From Bacillota bacterium (lineage in GTDB: Bacteria; Bacillota; Clostridia; Oscillospirales; Oscillospiraceae), in NCBI GenBank assembly GCA_030535235.1, contig JAUNCL010000001.1, positions 13,518 through 77,517 of the forward strand: DNA of 64,000 bases, in the 5' to 3' direction. The notes under the pieces were generated by a model, which was not told where the DNA came from, made no database searches, and saw only the letters and a list, made by a program, of their open reading frames with translations. This document shows positions 47,514 to 56,269 of this stretch, one piece after another (position 1 is the stretch's first letter; the number at the start of each line of letters is the position of its first letter). A program made the position numbers and the translations under genes.

Positions 47514-49427
47514 ATGACGACCCCACACAAAAACTTCTCTATTTCTAAAACCGAGCCCGACACGAATTCCCCTTCCCTTTTAGATCGTGTAAGATATGTG
47601 GCTGATGTCATATCGACAAAGAAAGCTTACAAAAAACAGGCTCTCCAACTATTACAATACATACAGGCGCAATACAAAGCGATCGAGGAAAACTACTGCG
47701 CTGCGGCAGGTTACCCGGGCACGATATTTCCTCTGAGCGCATTTTCCCTGCACATCGACAAAATTTATGTAACCTATCAAAAGTCAGGAAAACCTCCCAA
47801 GACCGTTCCCCTGACTCTGGAGTCCCTTAAAAATAGTCTGACACAACGGAGAATTCCCTACCATGAACAGGCGGCCAAACAATATCTGTACGATCTGTAT
47901 AATTTATATAATATGCAAATTCCCTACGATCCGTACGATTCTACGCGGTTATTAAGGTTAACACCCTGGGTGATGCAGATACTCCAGCTTGCACAAACAG
48001 GAAGCGGTCTCGCTTTCGAATACGTTATATCTATTCTTCCTTACACGTGCCTTCTCAATGGTCATTTCATTCTCCTCACTTCCCCTGAGTCTTCGTCGCC
48101 TGTACCAATAACAGATGCTATATTTCCCACTCTCCACCAAAAATACAGCTTGACCAAAGGACAGCTCCGGAATCTGCTTACTGCGTTTAAGCAGGAAATC
48201 GAAGGAAACCAAGACATTATGGCTCACTATAACAACGCCTTAAACGCCATGAACACAGCCGATGTAGTCTATTACAATAGCCAAGAAGCGTATCTCATTG
48301 GTTACAATAAAACATCCCACCTGCTCTCACTGATTGATAAAACCTGTGCTGTCTACCCCTACACCCAGAAAGCGCTTCCTATTTCAGTCCCTGTTTGCCT
48401 TCGCACTCAACCCAATGAATTCCTCGCCTCTTTGTTTGCCTTCACCGGAGGGAATACAGCATCTATCGACAGTCTCGCCAACCTTATTGCCTCCATTGCA
48501 GCCCCCACTCCGAAGAAACAACAGCTGTCCGTTCTGTTCACCAGGTACAACCAATCTCCCATACGAGCGTTTCTCCATCAGCTCTTTTCTCGACAGCCTG
48601 TCTATGAACTTCCTCTGAAAAAAAATGAGCATTTCCCCTCCATCTCTGAGCTATTGAAAAAGAAAAATCTCAAGTATCTGCTGCATGCTCAGGTCCACGG
48701 TAACTTCTTGATTCTTCTTAATGATGACCTTCCAACCCCATCTCATGATTCTGCTTTTCGCGCCATAATCCAGGGAGGAAGTATATCTGTGCCGGATACA
48801 CTTCTTTCCGACATATCCTTCCGCAATCAGATGCACCTCGTCTATGTCACATCCAATGAAACGTTGGCAACTACCTTGGTACAAGAGTATCGGGCAAACC
48901 TGGTGGACCTGAGTCCTTGGGAACAGCCTTGGACCGGACCAACGATTTCCTCCAGCGAAATTATCTGGCTTCAGCGAAATCTGCTGCTTCACGGCTGTCT
49001 TTGCAAACACCGCCTCAATTCTAAAATAGCGTCAAAAAAAGCGGACGCTTCTCCGCCCGCTTTCGTTGATCAGGAACTCCTGTATTTTCTGTCTCATCAA
49101 TGCTGCACTGCTCCTGAACTCCGCTGCTCTCAGGAGGAACTATATGCCGCCTATGTTGAATTCTGCACCCGTCTTCATGGAGTCCCTCCCACTGAAACTC
49201 CCATCCGCTTTGGCAAACGAGTGCGCCGTCATCTGCCGGGCGGCGTGGAATATAAGACCGTCCGTCACGGGCCGGAGAAAAAGACTCGCTCCTGCTATGT
49301 TGGCCTTGGAATCCGGAAGCAGCCATATACCCCGATGCCGCAAGCAGGCACAGATAGCTTGGCAACTTTTCGCGCCTATTTGGAAACGATGGAGTTTTCT
49401 TCTAACCAGATTTTTCCCATATATTGA
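47514..49427 (+). CDS. Degenerate D5/P4 primase-helicase-like replication protein
   Basis: C-terminal half follows the D5 layout (FTGG, IIQGGSI, HLVYVTSN, FLSHQC, ELYAAYVEFC, RFGKRV, YVGLGI), but the Walker A position reads TRYNQS. Confidence 0.5.
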   Translation: MTTPHKNFSISKTEPDTNSPSLLDRVRYVADVISTKKAYKKQALQLLQYIQAQYKAIEENYCAAAGYPGTIFPLSAFSLHIDKIYVTYQKSGKPPKTVPLTLESLKNSLTQRRIPYHEQAAKQYLYDLYNLYNMQIPYDPYDSTRLLRLTPWVMQILQLAQTGSGLAFEYVISILPYTCLLNGHFILLTSPESSSPVPITDAIFPTLHQKYSLTKGQLRNLLTAFKQEIEGNQDIMAHYNNALNAMNTADVVYYNSQEAYLIGYNKTSHLLSLIDKTCAVYPYTQKALPISVPVCLRTQPNEFLASLFAFTGGNTASIDSLANLIASIAAPTPKKQQLSVLFTRYNQSPIRAFLHQLFSRQPVYELPLKKNEHFPSISELLKKKNLKYLLHAQVHGNFLILLNDDLPTPSHDSAFRAIIQGGSISVPDTLLSDISFRNQMHLVYVTSNETLATTLVQEYRANLVDLSPWEQPWTGPTISSSEIIWLQRNLLLHGCLCKHRLNSKIASKKADASPPAFVDQELLYFLSHQCCTAPELRCSQEELYAAYVEFCTRLHGVPPTETPIRFGKRVRRHLPGGVEYKTVRHGPEKKTRSCYVGLGIRKQPYTPMPQAGTDSLATFRAYLETMEFSSNQIFPIY

Positions 49428-49430
49428 TCG

Positions 49431-50309
49431 TTAAATAAAGATATTGACAACGCCGATCACGGCACCGATGACCGCGCCCAGGTTTACGATGGCCTGGAGT
49501 TCGTTCTTCATGACGGAAAGGACCAGGTCCTCCAGTTCCCGGGCATCCATATCGTTGATCTTGTCCTCCACCACAGCTTTCACATCCAGGGAACCCAGAA
49601 CCGACTGGATGTTGTTCTCCAGCACATGGCCCACCACGGTCTCTAGCATGTTCCGCAGGACCTCCTCGGGGATGCCCAGGTCGTCCAGGTTCTCCCGGAT
49701 GGGCTTGTCCAGCATCCCGTCCAGCTCCTCCTTCACCATGGGGGCCACGAGCTCAGGGCCTTTCTCCTCCAGGTAGCTGCTGACCCCTGCGCTGAGTTTC
49801 TGGCAGAGGTTGTCCAGCATGCCGCCGCCCAGGAACATGGCAATCATGGGGTTGCCCAGGAGATCCCCAAAGGAGGTCTGGGCAACCTCAGCCACCAGGG
49901 CGTTCATGTCCACCTTCTTCAGTCCCTCCAGGATCTTTCCGCCAATAACCTGACTGATCTCCTGGGTGAGTTCTCCCTCCTCCTGGCAGGGAAGCAGGGC
50001 AGACAGAGGGGCAGACTGCTCAGTCAGTGCATCCTGGATGCTGTCAGTCAGTTTCTCCCGGAAGCCGGCCTGGGTGAGCCGGGCGGTCATATCCTCCCGG
50101 GTCAGGAGGGTTTCACTCACAGCCTTCCCCACAGCGGCGGCGATTCGGGGCTTGTTCCTGGGAATGACGCCGGGGGTGAAGGGCACCCGGAAGGAGCCGA
50201 TGCGCATCTCCTTCCGGGGCCGGAAGAGCATCTTGATGGCGATGTAGTTGGTCCCATAGCCGATGGCCGCACAGAGGGCAATGGGCAAAATAATGTGCAG
50301 TAAATCCAT
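49431..50309 (-). CDS. DUF445-family membrane protein
   Basis: AIGYGTNYIAIKMLFRP, PFTPGVIPRNK, ELQAIVNLGAVIGAVIG. Host-like GC. Confidence 0.88.
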   Translation of the reverse strand: MDLLHIILPIALCAAIGYGTNYIAIKMLFRPRKEMRIGSFRVPFTPGVIPRNKPRIAAAVGKAVSETLLTREDMTARLTQAGFREKLTDSIQDALTEQSAPLSALLPCQEEGELTQEISQVIGGKILEGLKKVDMNALVAEVAQTSFGDLLGNPMIAMFLGGGMLDNLCQKLSAGVSSYLEEKGPELVAPMVKEELDGMLDKPIRENLDDLGIPEEVLRNMLETVVGHVLENNIQSVLGSLDVKAVVEDKINDMDARELEDLVLSVMKNELQAIVNLGAVIGAVIGVVNIFI

Positions 50310-50366
50310 TTTTTCTTCCTCGATTCCAGTCGAACTGTGTTTCCTTTTATTTTACACCTCTTTCCT

Positions 50367-50390
50367 CTGGTTGCAAGAGAAAAATCCTCT
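50367..50390. repeat. 24-bp direct repeat, copy 1 (att-like)
   Basis: CTGGTTGCAAGAGAAAAATCCTCT, identical at 52618-52641. Confidence 0.9.
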
Positions 50391-51696
50391 ATTTGATAAA
50401 ACGGCTTAATGCGGAAATCAGATACAAGGGAATATTAAGAACCTCTTCGCCAGTAGTCTCACTCTTCATAGATGTTATCACAGAGTATTTGGGGCCGTAT
50501 TTCTTGCGATACTCAGCAAGGGAACGGGCCTTTACATTGCGCTCAGATTTCACTTCTATCGGAACGATCTCCACTCCAGACTGAAGGATAAAGTCAACTT
50601 CTGCCTTGTTTCCACTGGTCCAATAGTAGAGAGACTCATCGATCGATTTGACCAACTCACAAAGGACAAAGTTCTCGGTCAATGAGCCTTTGAATTCTCT
50701 GTAATTCGGCGTAGCATCCAGAATGACTTCATACGGCAGCTTGGAGATTTTTCTCAAAATACCGATATCAGACAAGTACAGTTTGAAAGCCGTATCATCT
50801 GCATAAGAAGAAAGGGGCATAAAGGGCTTCTCAATTTTACATACTTTATGAACCAATCCAGCCGCAACCAGCCATTCCAGAGCGTCCTCCAAATTCTTAG
50901 CTCTCCAGCCTTTCTTCACATGACTGAAAATGAACTTGGTGTTCTCTTTGGCAAGTTGTTCAGGAATAGAGCGCCAAATCGCAGTCAGCTTTGGAAAATC
51001 CTTTGTCGGCGCATGCTTGGCAAAGTCCAACTCATAGCTATTGATGATTGCCTGCTGTACTCGTTCCACTTCCTCTATGCTGTGTGTTTTACACCATACA
51101 TCCACTACCTCCGGCATACCACCGGTAATGTAATACTGTCTCAGGAAAGTAGAGAGTTTATCTGCAATCAGCTCAGGCAGAGTGTCCCCCTTTTTGAAGT
51201 TCTCCAAGTAGTCAGCCAATGACTCAGGCCCACAGGCACGAAGAAACTCTGTAAAACTCATCGGATACAGCGTGAGAAAATCAACCTTTCCAACAGGGAA
51301 AGACAATTGCTTCCGCAATGCAATGCCTAACAGAGAGCCTGCGCAAACAATATGATATTCCGGCGCATTCTCACAAAAATACTTCATTGCAGTCAGCGCT
51401 TTCCCGCACTCCTGGATCTCGTCGAGAATGATGAGTGTAGTGCCCGGAGTAATCGTCTTCCCGCCGAATAAACTGAGTTCAAATATAATGCGCTTCACAT
51501 CATAGTCTTTCTCGAACACGGTATTTAACGCATCTGTTTCCTCAAAGTTGAAATAAGCGACATTATCGTAGCAGCGTTTTCCAAACTCTTTCAGCAAATA
51601 TGTTTTTCCACACTGTCTAACGCCTTTGAGCACCAGGGGTTTTCTATTCGGCTTTTCTTTCCATTGCAACAGTTCAGTTAACAAAGTTCGTTCCAT
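50389..51696 (-). CDS. AAA_14 ATPase with DUF4143 C-terminal domain
   Basis: GVRQCGKT, ILDEIQ, AGSLLG, YYITGGMPE, KLYLSDIG, ENFVLCEL, AEVDFI, PIEVKS. Confidence 0.9.
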   Translation of the reverse strand: MERTLLTELLQWKEKPNRKPLVLKGVRQCGKTYLLKEFGKRCYDNVAYFNFEETDALNTVFEKDYDVKRIIFELSLFGGKTITPGTTLIILDEIQECGKALTAMKYFCENAPEYHIVCAGSLLGIALRKQLSFPVGKVDFLTLYPMSFTEFLRACGPESLADYLENFKKGDTLPELIADKLSTFLRQYYITGGMPEVVDVWCKTHSIEEVERVQQAIINSYELDFAKHAPTKDFPKLTAIWRSIPEQLAKENTKFIFSHVKKGWRAKNLEDALEWLVAAGLVHKVCKIEKPFMPLSSYADDTAFKLYLSDIGILRKISKLPYEVILDATPNYREFKGSLTENFVLCELVKSIDESLYYWTSGNKAEVDFILQSGVEIVPIEVKSERNVKARSLAEYRKKYGPKYSVITSMKSETTGEEVLNIPLYLISALSRFIK

Positions 51697-52139
51697 AACG
51701 CGAGCACCTCCGCATTTTAAGTGGAAAATTTGCTGTTATCCTCTGCAAAATCCGCACTTATTATACCTTTCGTTATTCAAAAGGTCAACTCATTTCTTTT
51801 GACACCCCTCAACAAAAAGCAGTTGAGCACTATAAAAGCGCTCAACTGCAATTGTTTTGTATGGCTCGAGTATTCCGACAGTATTCCGTCACGCATTCCA
51901 TCATGAATCCGGTCGCAGGAAAACAGCATTCCGATAATGTAGAAATCAAGATTCCAGGCACTTGGAAATCAAGGTGTATTCAATGACTCCTTGCTTGGGG
52001 GATTCGCCACACGCGACCATTACGGAAAGCCTTCAGTTCTTCACTGTTTAGCAGGCGGTAGACTGCATATTGTAGACAATCTTCAAGAGATCGCACAGTT
52101 CATCCACAGTTAAAAAGTCATCCTGGTGGTCCAGCATGC

Positions 52140-52460
52140 TCATCCCTCATCTCTCTGTTCCGGAGAGACAGAGCAGACTCTCTGAAACTCACACTTGTAG
52201 CATAAGCATTTTGGCTGCTTGCAATAAACTTTCCTCTCCTTGGGCGCTCTCATTACCCCCAAGGAAGTCAGTTGCTGGATAATTCCCAGTTCTGATCTCT
52301 GAAAACACAAAGCAAGTTCAGAGATTCCAACACCATCACTGTACAAATTAACCAGCTGCTGTCGTTCATCATCTCTCCAGTATTCACCATTTCTGGCAGG
52401 CACAACGGCGTTTTCTCGAATTGCTTTTATCAATTCTTTTTGGTTATATTCAATCTTCAT
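52140..52460 (-). CDS. Small putative HTH/Myb-like DNA-binding protein with a Cys-rich tail
   Basis: WRDDERQQLVNLYSDGVGISELALCFQRSELGIIQQL, then CxCxxC..C. GGAGG RBS. Confidence 0.55.
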   Translation of the reverse strand: MKIEYNQKELIKAIRENAVVPARNGEYWRDDERQQLVNLYSDGVGISELALCFQRSELGIIQQLTSLGVMRAPKERKVYCKQPKCLCYKCEFQRVCSVSPEQRDEG

Positions 52461-52617
52461 AGGGAAAAGGCCCTCCTTTAAAGTATTTTATCATTATGTT
52501 ACATTGTAAAACATTACATTGTTCAAAAGCACCCGTTTTGAGTTTGCTTTTTACAATCAAACAACAAAAAAGAAAACAGGTGACAGGAGGCTCCGAACGA
52601 GTCAGAACCCCTTTCCG

Positions 52618-52641
52618 CTGGTTGCAAGAGAAAAATCCTCT
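52618..52641. repeat. 24-bp direct repeat, copy 2
   Basis: Identical to 50367-50390. Confidence 0.9.
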
Positions 52642-52769
52642 GTCCACTGCCTCTGGTTTTTTCTTGCTTTTAATTTCTTCCAGTTTCACACAGATAATAT
52701 AATAGTGAAGACAATGCCTCCGAAGTCAGCCAACTTCGGAGGCAAATTTTTTTACTGGAGGTAATACGC

Positions 52770-52847
52770 ATGCTCAGGAACTTGATAGCGGCAGTCATCA
52801 TTGCCATTGCGGACGTGCTCCGCAGAGGAGGCTTTGGCCACAAATAA
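52770..52847 (+). CDS. 25-aa hydrophobic small peptide (not in the ORF track)
   Basis: GGAGGTAATACGC-ATG; MLRNLIAAVIIAIADVLRRGGFGHK. Confidence 0.5.
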   Translation: MLRNLIAAVIIAIADVLRRGGFGHK

Positions 52848-52868
52848 AAATAGAAAGGAGCCATTCCC

Positions 52869-53201
52869 ATGAAAGTCATTATTGTCAGACCTCTGGAAGA
52901 ACCCGTCGCTGCGGAAATCGAATATGGGCTGAAGCCCATGCAGGAGATTGTCGGCGGGTACATTCAGGCCGTCTATCCCTTTGAGGAGCCTGTCGCTCTC
53001 ATCTGCAATGAAGAGGCCAAGCTCCTCGGTCTTCCCCTGAATCGTGCTCTGCGCACGGAAACCGGTGAGATCTATGATATCATCGCCGGCACCTTCCTTC
53101 TCTGCGGCGCACCCCCGGACAGCGACCACTTTACCGACCTGACCCAGGAGCAGGTGGAGACCCTTTTGCACCTCTTCCGCCGACCAGAATTGTATCTATA
53201 A
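52869..53201 (+). CDS. DUF3846-like protein typical of Firmicute mobile elements
   Basis: LKPMQEIVGGYIQAVYP, LICNEEAKLLGLPLNR, DIIAGTFLLCG. Confidence 0.75.
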   Translation: MKVIIVRPLEEPVAAEIEYGLKPMQEIVGGYIQAVYPFEEPVALICNEEAKLLGLPLNRALRTETGEIYDIIAGTFLLCGAPPDSDHFTDLTQEQVETLLHLFRRPELYL

Positions 53202-53231
53202 CCCTATAATTTAGTAAGGAGAACGCTCACC

Positions 53232-54329
53232 ATGATTGAAACCTTTCTCTGTTCCCACTGCGGACGCCTCCATCCCATTTCCGCTCGTCATGAAATGGAT
53301 GACAAATCTCTCTGTCCGGATTGCCTAGAAGAGCAAACCGTTATCTGCTCCCACTGCGGCCAACGGATCTGGGCCTCTGACAATGCCGGTGATAGCAGCC
53401 GGTTCTTGTGTCAGGACTGCTGCGACGCATACTACCTCTACTGTGCGCAGTGCGGCTGCCTGCTGAGTATTGACGAGGCCTACATCGATGACGACAACGA
53501 TTATGTCTGCGCTGATTGCTACCATCGAGCCCAGAACAGTCAGGCGATCCACAACTATAACTACAAGCCTACCCCGATCTTCTATGGAGTTGGCGATCGG
53601 TACTTCGGTGTGGAGTTGGAAATTGACCGCGGCGGAGAAGATAGCGATGCCGCCCGTGCTTTGCTCTCTATTGCCAATGCGGAAGAGGAGCTCCTGTACT
53701 GCAAGCACGACGGTTCTCTGGACGATGGCATAGAACTGGTCACCCATCCGTTGACTTTTCAGTATCATTTGGAATCCATGCCCTGGAAAGATCTTCTTCA
53801 AAAGGCAATTTCTCTGGGGTATTACAGCCATAAGGGAGGCACCTGTGGCCTGCATGTCCACATCAACCGATCGGCCTTTGGGGAAACGGAGTATGAGCAG
53901 GAACCTGTCATCGCCCGGATCCTCTACTTCGTGGAGAAGCATTGGGATGAACTTTTGAAATTCAGCCGGCGTACCCCCAGGCAGTTGGAGCGTTGGGCTT
54001 CCCGCTATGGATACAAGGACCGCCCCAAGGATATTCTGGACCATGCCAAGAAGGGATACGGCGGTCGCTACTCCTCTGTCAATCTGGAGAACCGGGCCAC
54101 CATTGAGTTCCGCATCTTTCGGGGAACCTTAAAATTCAATACGCTCATCGCCACATTGCAGCTGGTCAACCGGATCTGTGATGTGGCTCTTTCTTTGTCC
54201 GACGATGAACTCCAGGCCATGTCCTGGACCACCTTTGTGTCTGGTTGTCAGGAGAAGGAACTGATCCAGTATCTGAAGGAGCGTCGTCTCTATGTCAACG
54301 AACCGATCACCACCGAGGAGGAGATTTGA
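53232..54329 (+). CDS. Amidoligase (COOH-NH2 ligase, Amidoligase_2-like) with N-terminal CxxC zinc-ribbon repeats
   Basis: Six CxxC motifs, YFGVELE, KHDGSL, ELVTHP, TCGLHVH, RYSSVN, TIEFRIFRGT. Confidence 0.85.
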   Translation: MIETFLCSHCGRLHPISARHEMDDKSLCPDCLEEQTVICSHCGQRIWASDNAGDSSRFLCQDCCDAYYLYCAQCGCLLSIDEAYIDDDNDYVCADCYHRAQNSQAIHNYNYKPTPIFYGVGDRYFGVELEIDRGGEDSDAARALLSIANAEEELLYCKHDGSLDDGIELVTHPLTFQYHLESMPWKDLLQKAISLGYYSHKGGTCGLHVHINRSAFGETEYEQEPVIARILYFVEKHWDELLKFSRRTPRQLERWASRYGYKDRPKDILDHAKKGYGGRYSSVNLENRATIEFRIFRGTLKFNTLIATLQLVNRICDVALSLSDDELQAMSWTTFVSGCQEKELIQYLKERRLYVNEPITTEEEI

Positions 54330-54332
54330 ACC

Positions 54333-55265
54333 ATGTGTTGTCTGTTTGGACTGATCGACTACGGCCACACTCTGTCTGGCCGACAGAAAACCAAGATAAT
54401 CCAGGCTCTGGCCCTGGAAAGCGAAGCCCGCGGCACCGATGCTGCGGGCATTGCTTATTATTCCAAAGGGATGCTTCGAGTGAACAAGCAGCCCGGACCC
54501 GCCCACCTGTCCAGGTTTCGTGTGCCTCGGGATGCCTGGACCATCATGGGTCACACCCGTCTGACCACCCAGGGGAATGCCAGACGCAATCGCAACAACC
54601 ACCCCTTCGTAGGGCACCTGGGGAAGAGGGAGTTTGCCCTGGCCCACAACGGCGTTCTTTATAATGACAAAACCTTAAGGCAAACCCTACACCTTCCCAA
54701 GACCAGGATTGAAACCGACAGTTATGTCGCGGTACAGCTGCTGGAGCGGGAAAATGCCCTGGACTTCTCCAGCCTTCAGAAGATGGCGGAGCAGTTCCGG
54801 GGCACGTTTGTCTTTACTGTGTTAGAACACACCAACAGTCTCTATTTTGTCAGGGGAGAAAATCCCCTTTGTCTGATCCACTTCCCCAAGGAGCGGCTCT
54901 ATCTCTATGCCTCTACCTCCAAGATCCTGATGGCCGCTGTCAGGAAGATCCCCCAGCTTACCAGAGCTATGCGGACGGAGGTTCCCTCCACCTGCGGTGA
55001 CATCCTGAGGATTGACAAAAACGGGGTCATTACCTCTGGGGCCTTTGATACCAAGAACCTGTGGGAACGCTGGTTCCTTCACTCCTTTCCCCCGGTGGCT
55101 TCCCCTGTAAGGGTATCTGCCACTGTCGATGACACCCTCTACTGGGAAGACCTGAAATCTGTTGCGGCGTCCTACGGATATACCCCCGATGTCATCGACG
55201 AGTGCCGTGAGCTTGGATTTACCACCGATGAAATCGAAGAGATGATCTACTTCGGCGAAATCTAA
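54333..55265 (+). CDS. Class II (Ntn) glutamine amidotransferase
   Basis: N-terminal MCCLFG, RGTDAAG, MGHTR, NNHPF, AHNG, ETDS. Confidence 0.88.
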   Translation: MCCLFGLIDYGHTLSGRQKTKIIQALALESEARGTDAAGIAYYSKGMLRVNKQPGPAHLSRFRVPRDAWTIMGHTRLTTQGNARRNRNNHPFVGHLGKREFALAHNGVLYNDKTLRQTLHLPKTRIETDSYVAVQLLERENALDFSSLQKMAEQFRGTFVFTVLEHTNSLYFVRGENPLCLIHFPKERLYLYASTSKILMAAVRKIPQLTRAMRTEVPSTCGDILRIDKNGVITSGAFDTKNLWERWFLHSFPPVASPVRVSATVDDTLYWEDLKSVAASYGYTPDVIDECRELGFTTDEIEEMIYFGEI

Positions 55266-55396
55266 TCGTCCCATTGGGTGTACCCCAGTAGGACAGTAAA
55301 AAACAGTGCCAATAGAGTCGTTTTCAGCCTTATGGAACGTCCCACGCGGTTGAACGACCCTATTGGCACGCATGATAGTGCAAAGGAGCTCTTGCT

Positions 55397-55948
55397 ATGA
55401 AAATAGGATATGTGCGAGTCAGCACAGAGGACCAGAATACCGCCCGCCAAGAGGCTCTGATGGAGAGTCTCGCGGTGGATGAACTCTTCCTTGACAGAAT
55501 GAGCGGAAAGAGCTGTCATAGGCCTGAGCTACAGCGGATGATGACCTTCGTCCGCAAGGGAGATACGGTTATCGTGGAATCCATCAGCCGGTTTGCCAGA
55601 AACACCCGTGACCTGCTGGATCTTGTGGAACAGCTGACCGAAAAGGGGGTGGAGTTTGTCAGCAAAAAGGAGGCCATCGACACTACCACACCCACCGGCA
55701 AATTCATGCTGACTGTGTTCGGAGCCGTAGCAGAACTGGAACGGGAATACATTTTACAGCGCCAGCGGGAGGGCATCGCCATTGCTAAAGCCAAGGGGAA
55801 ATATACCGGCAGAAAACCCATCCAGCACCCTGAGTTTGAACAGGTGCTGCAGCAGTGGCGGCGAGGTGAGATCACCGCTGCTGAGGCTATGAGAAAGTTG
55901 GGAATGGCAAAATCCACTTTTTACCGAAAAGCCCGGAAAACCACCTAA
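55397..55948 (+). CDS. Small serine resolvase/invertase
   Basis: IGYVRVSTEDQ, SGKSCHRPEL, SISRFARN, AELEREYILQRQREGI, C-terminal HTH. Confidence 0.93.
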   Translation: MKIGYVRVSTEDQNTARQEALMESLAVDELFLDRMSGKSCHRPELQRMMTFVRKGDTVIVESISRFARNTRDLLDLVEQLTEKGVEFVSKKEAIDTTTPTGKFMLTVFGAVAELEREYILQRQREGIAIAKAKGKYTGRKPIQHPEFEQVLQQWRRGEITAAEAMRKLGMAKSTFYRKARKTT

Positions 55949-56091
55949 CGCATGAGGGCAGCAACCTTTATTTTTTGATTTTTACCAATGAACCAACAAT
56001 CACTATATAGACCTTGTTGCTCCCCTGGAATGACCAATTCATACCGGAGTAACGCTACGAATATCCTATACCAGAAAAGGAGGTTCTTTCC

Positions 56092-56217
56092 ATGTCCTAT
56101 TATGCACAGCCTTCCCCGAAGCCCGTCCCCCGTCAGCACCGCATCCAGCGCCGCTTTGACGGCACCCGCCCGACCTGCGATGTCGTTCGCAGGTTAGTTA
56201 CCGCACACATCTCATGA
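56092..56217 (+). CDS. 41-aa small protein upstream of the recombinase (TnpW-like?)
   Basis: AAAGGAGG RBS; MSYYAQPSPKPVPRQHRIQRRFDGTRPTCDVVRRLVTAHIS. Confidence 0.45.
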   Translation: MSYYAQPSPKPVPRQHRIQRRFDGTRPTCDVVRRLVTAHIS

Positions 56218-56269
56218 ACCTACATAAGGGGGAGCAGAGCCTCTGCTCCCCCTGACCACAGAAAAGGAG

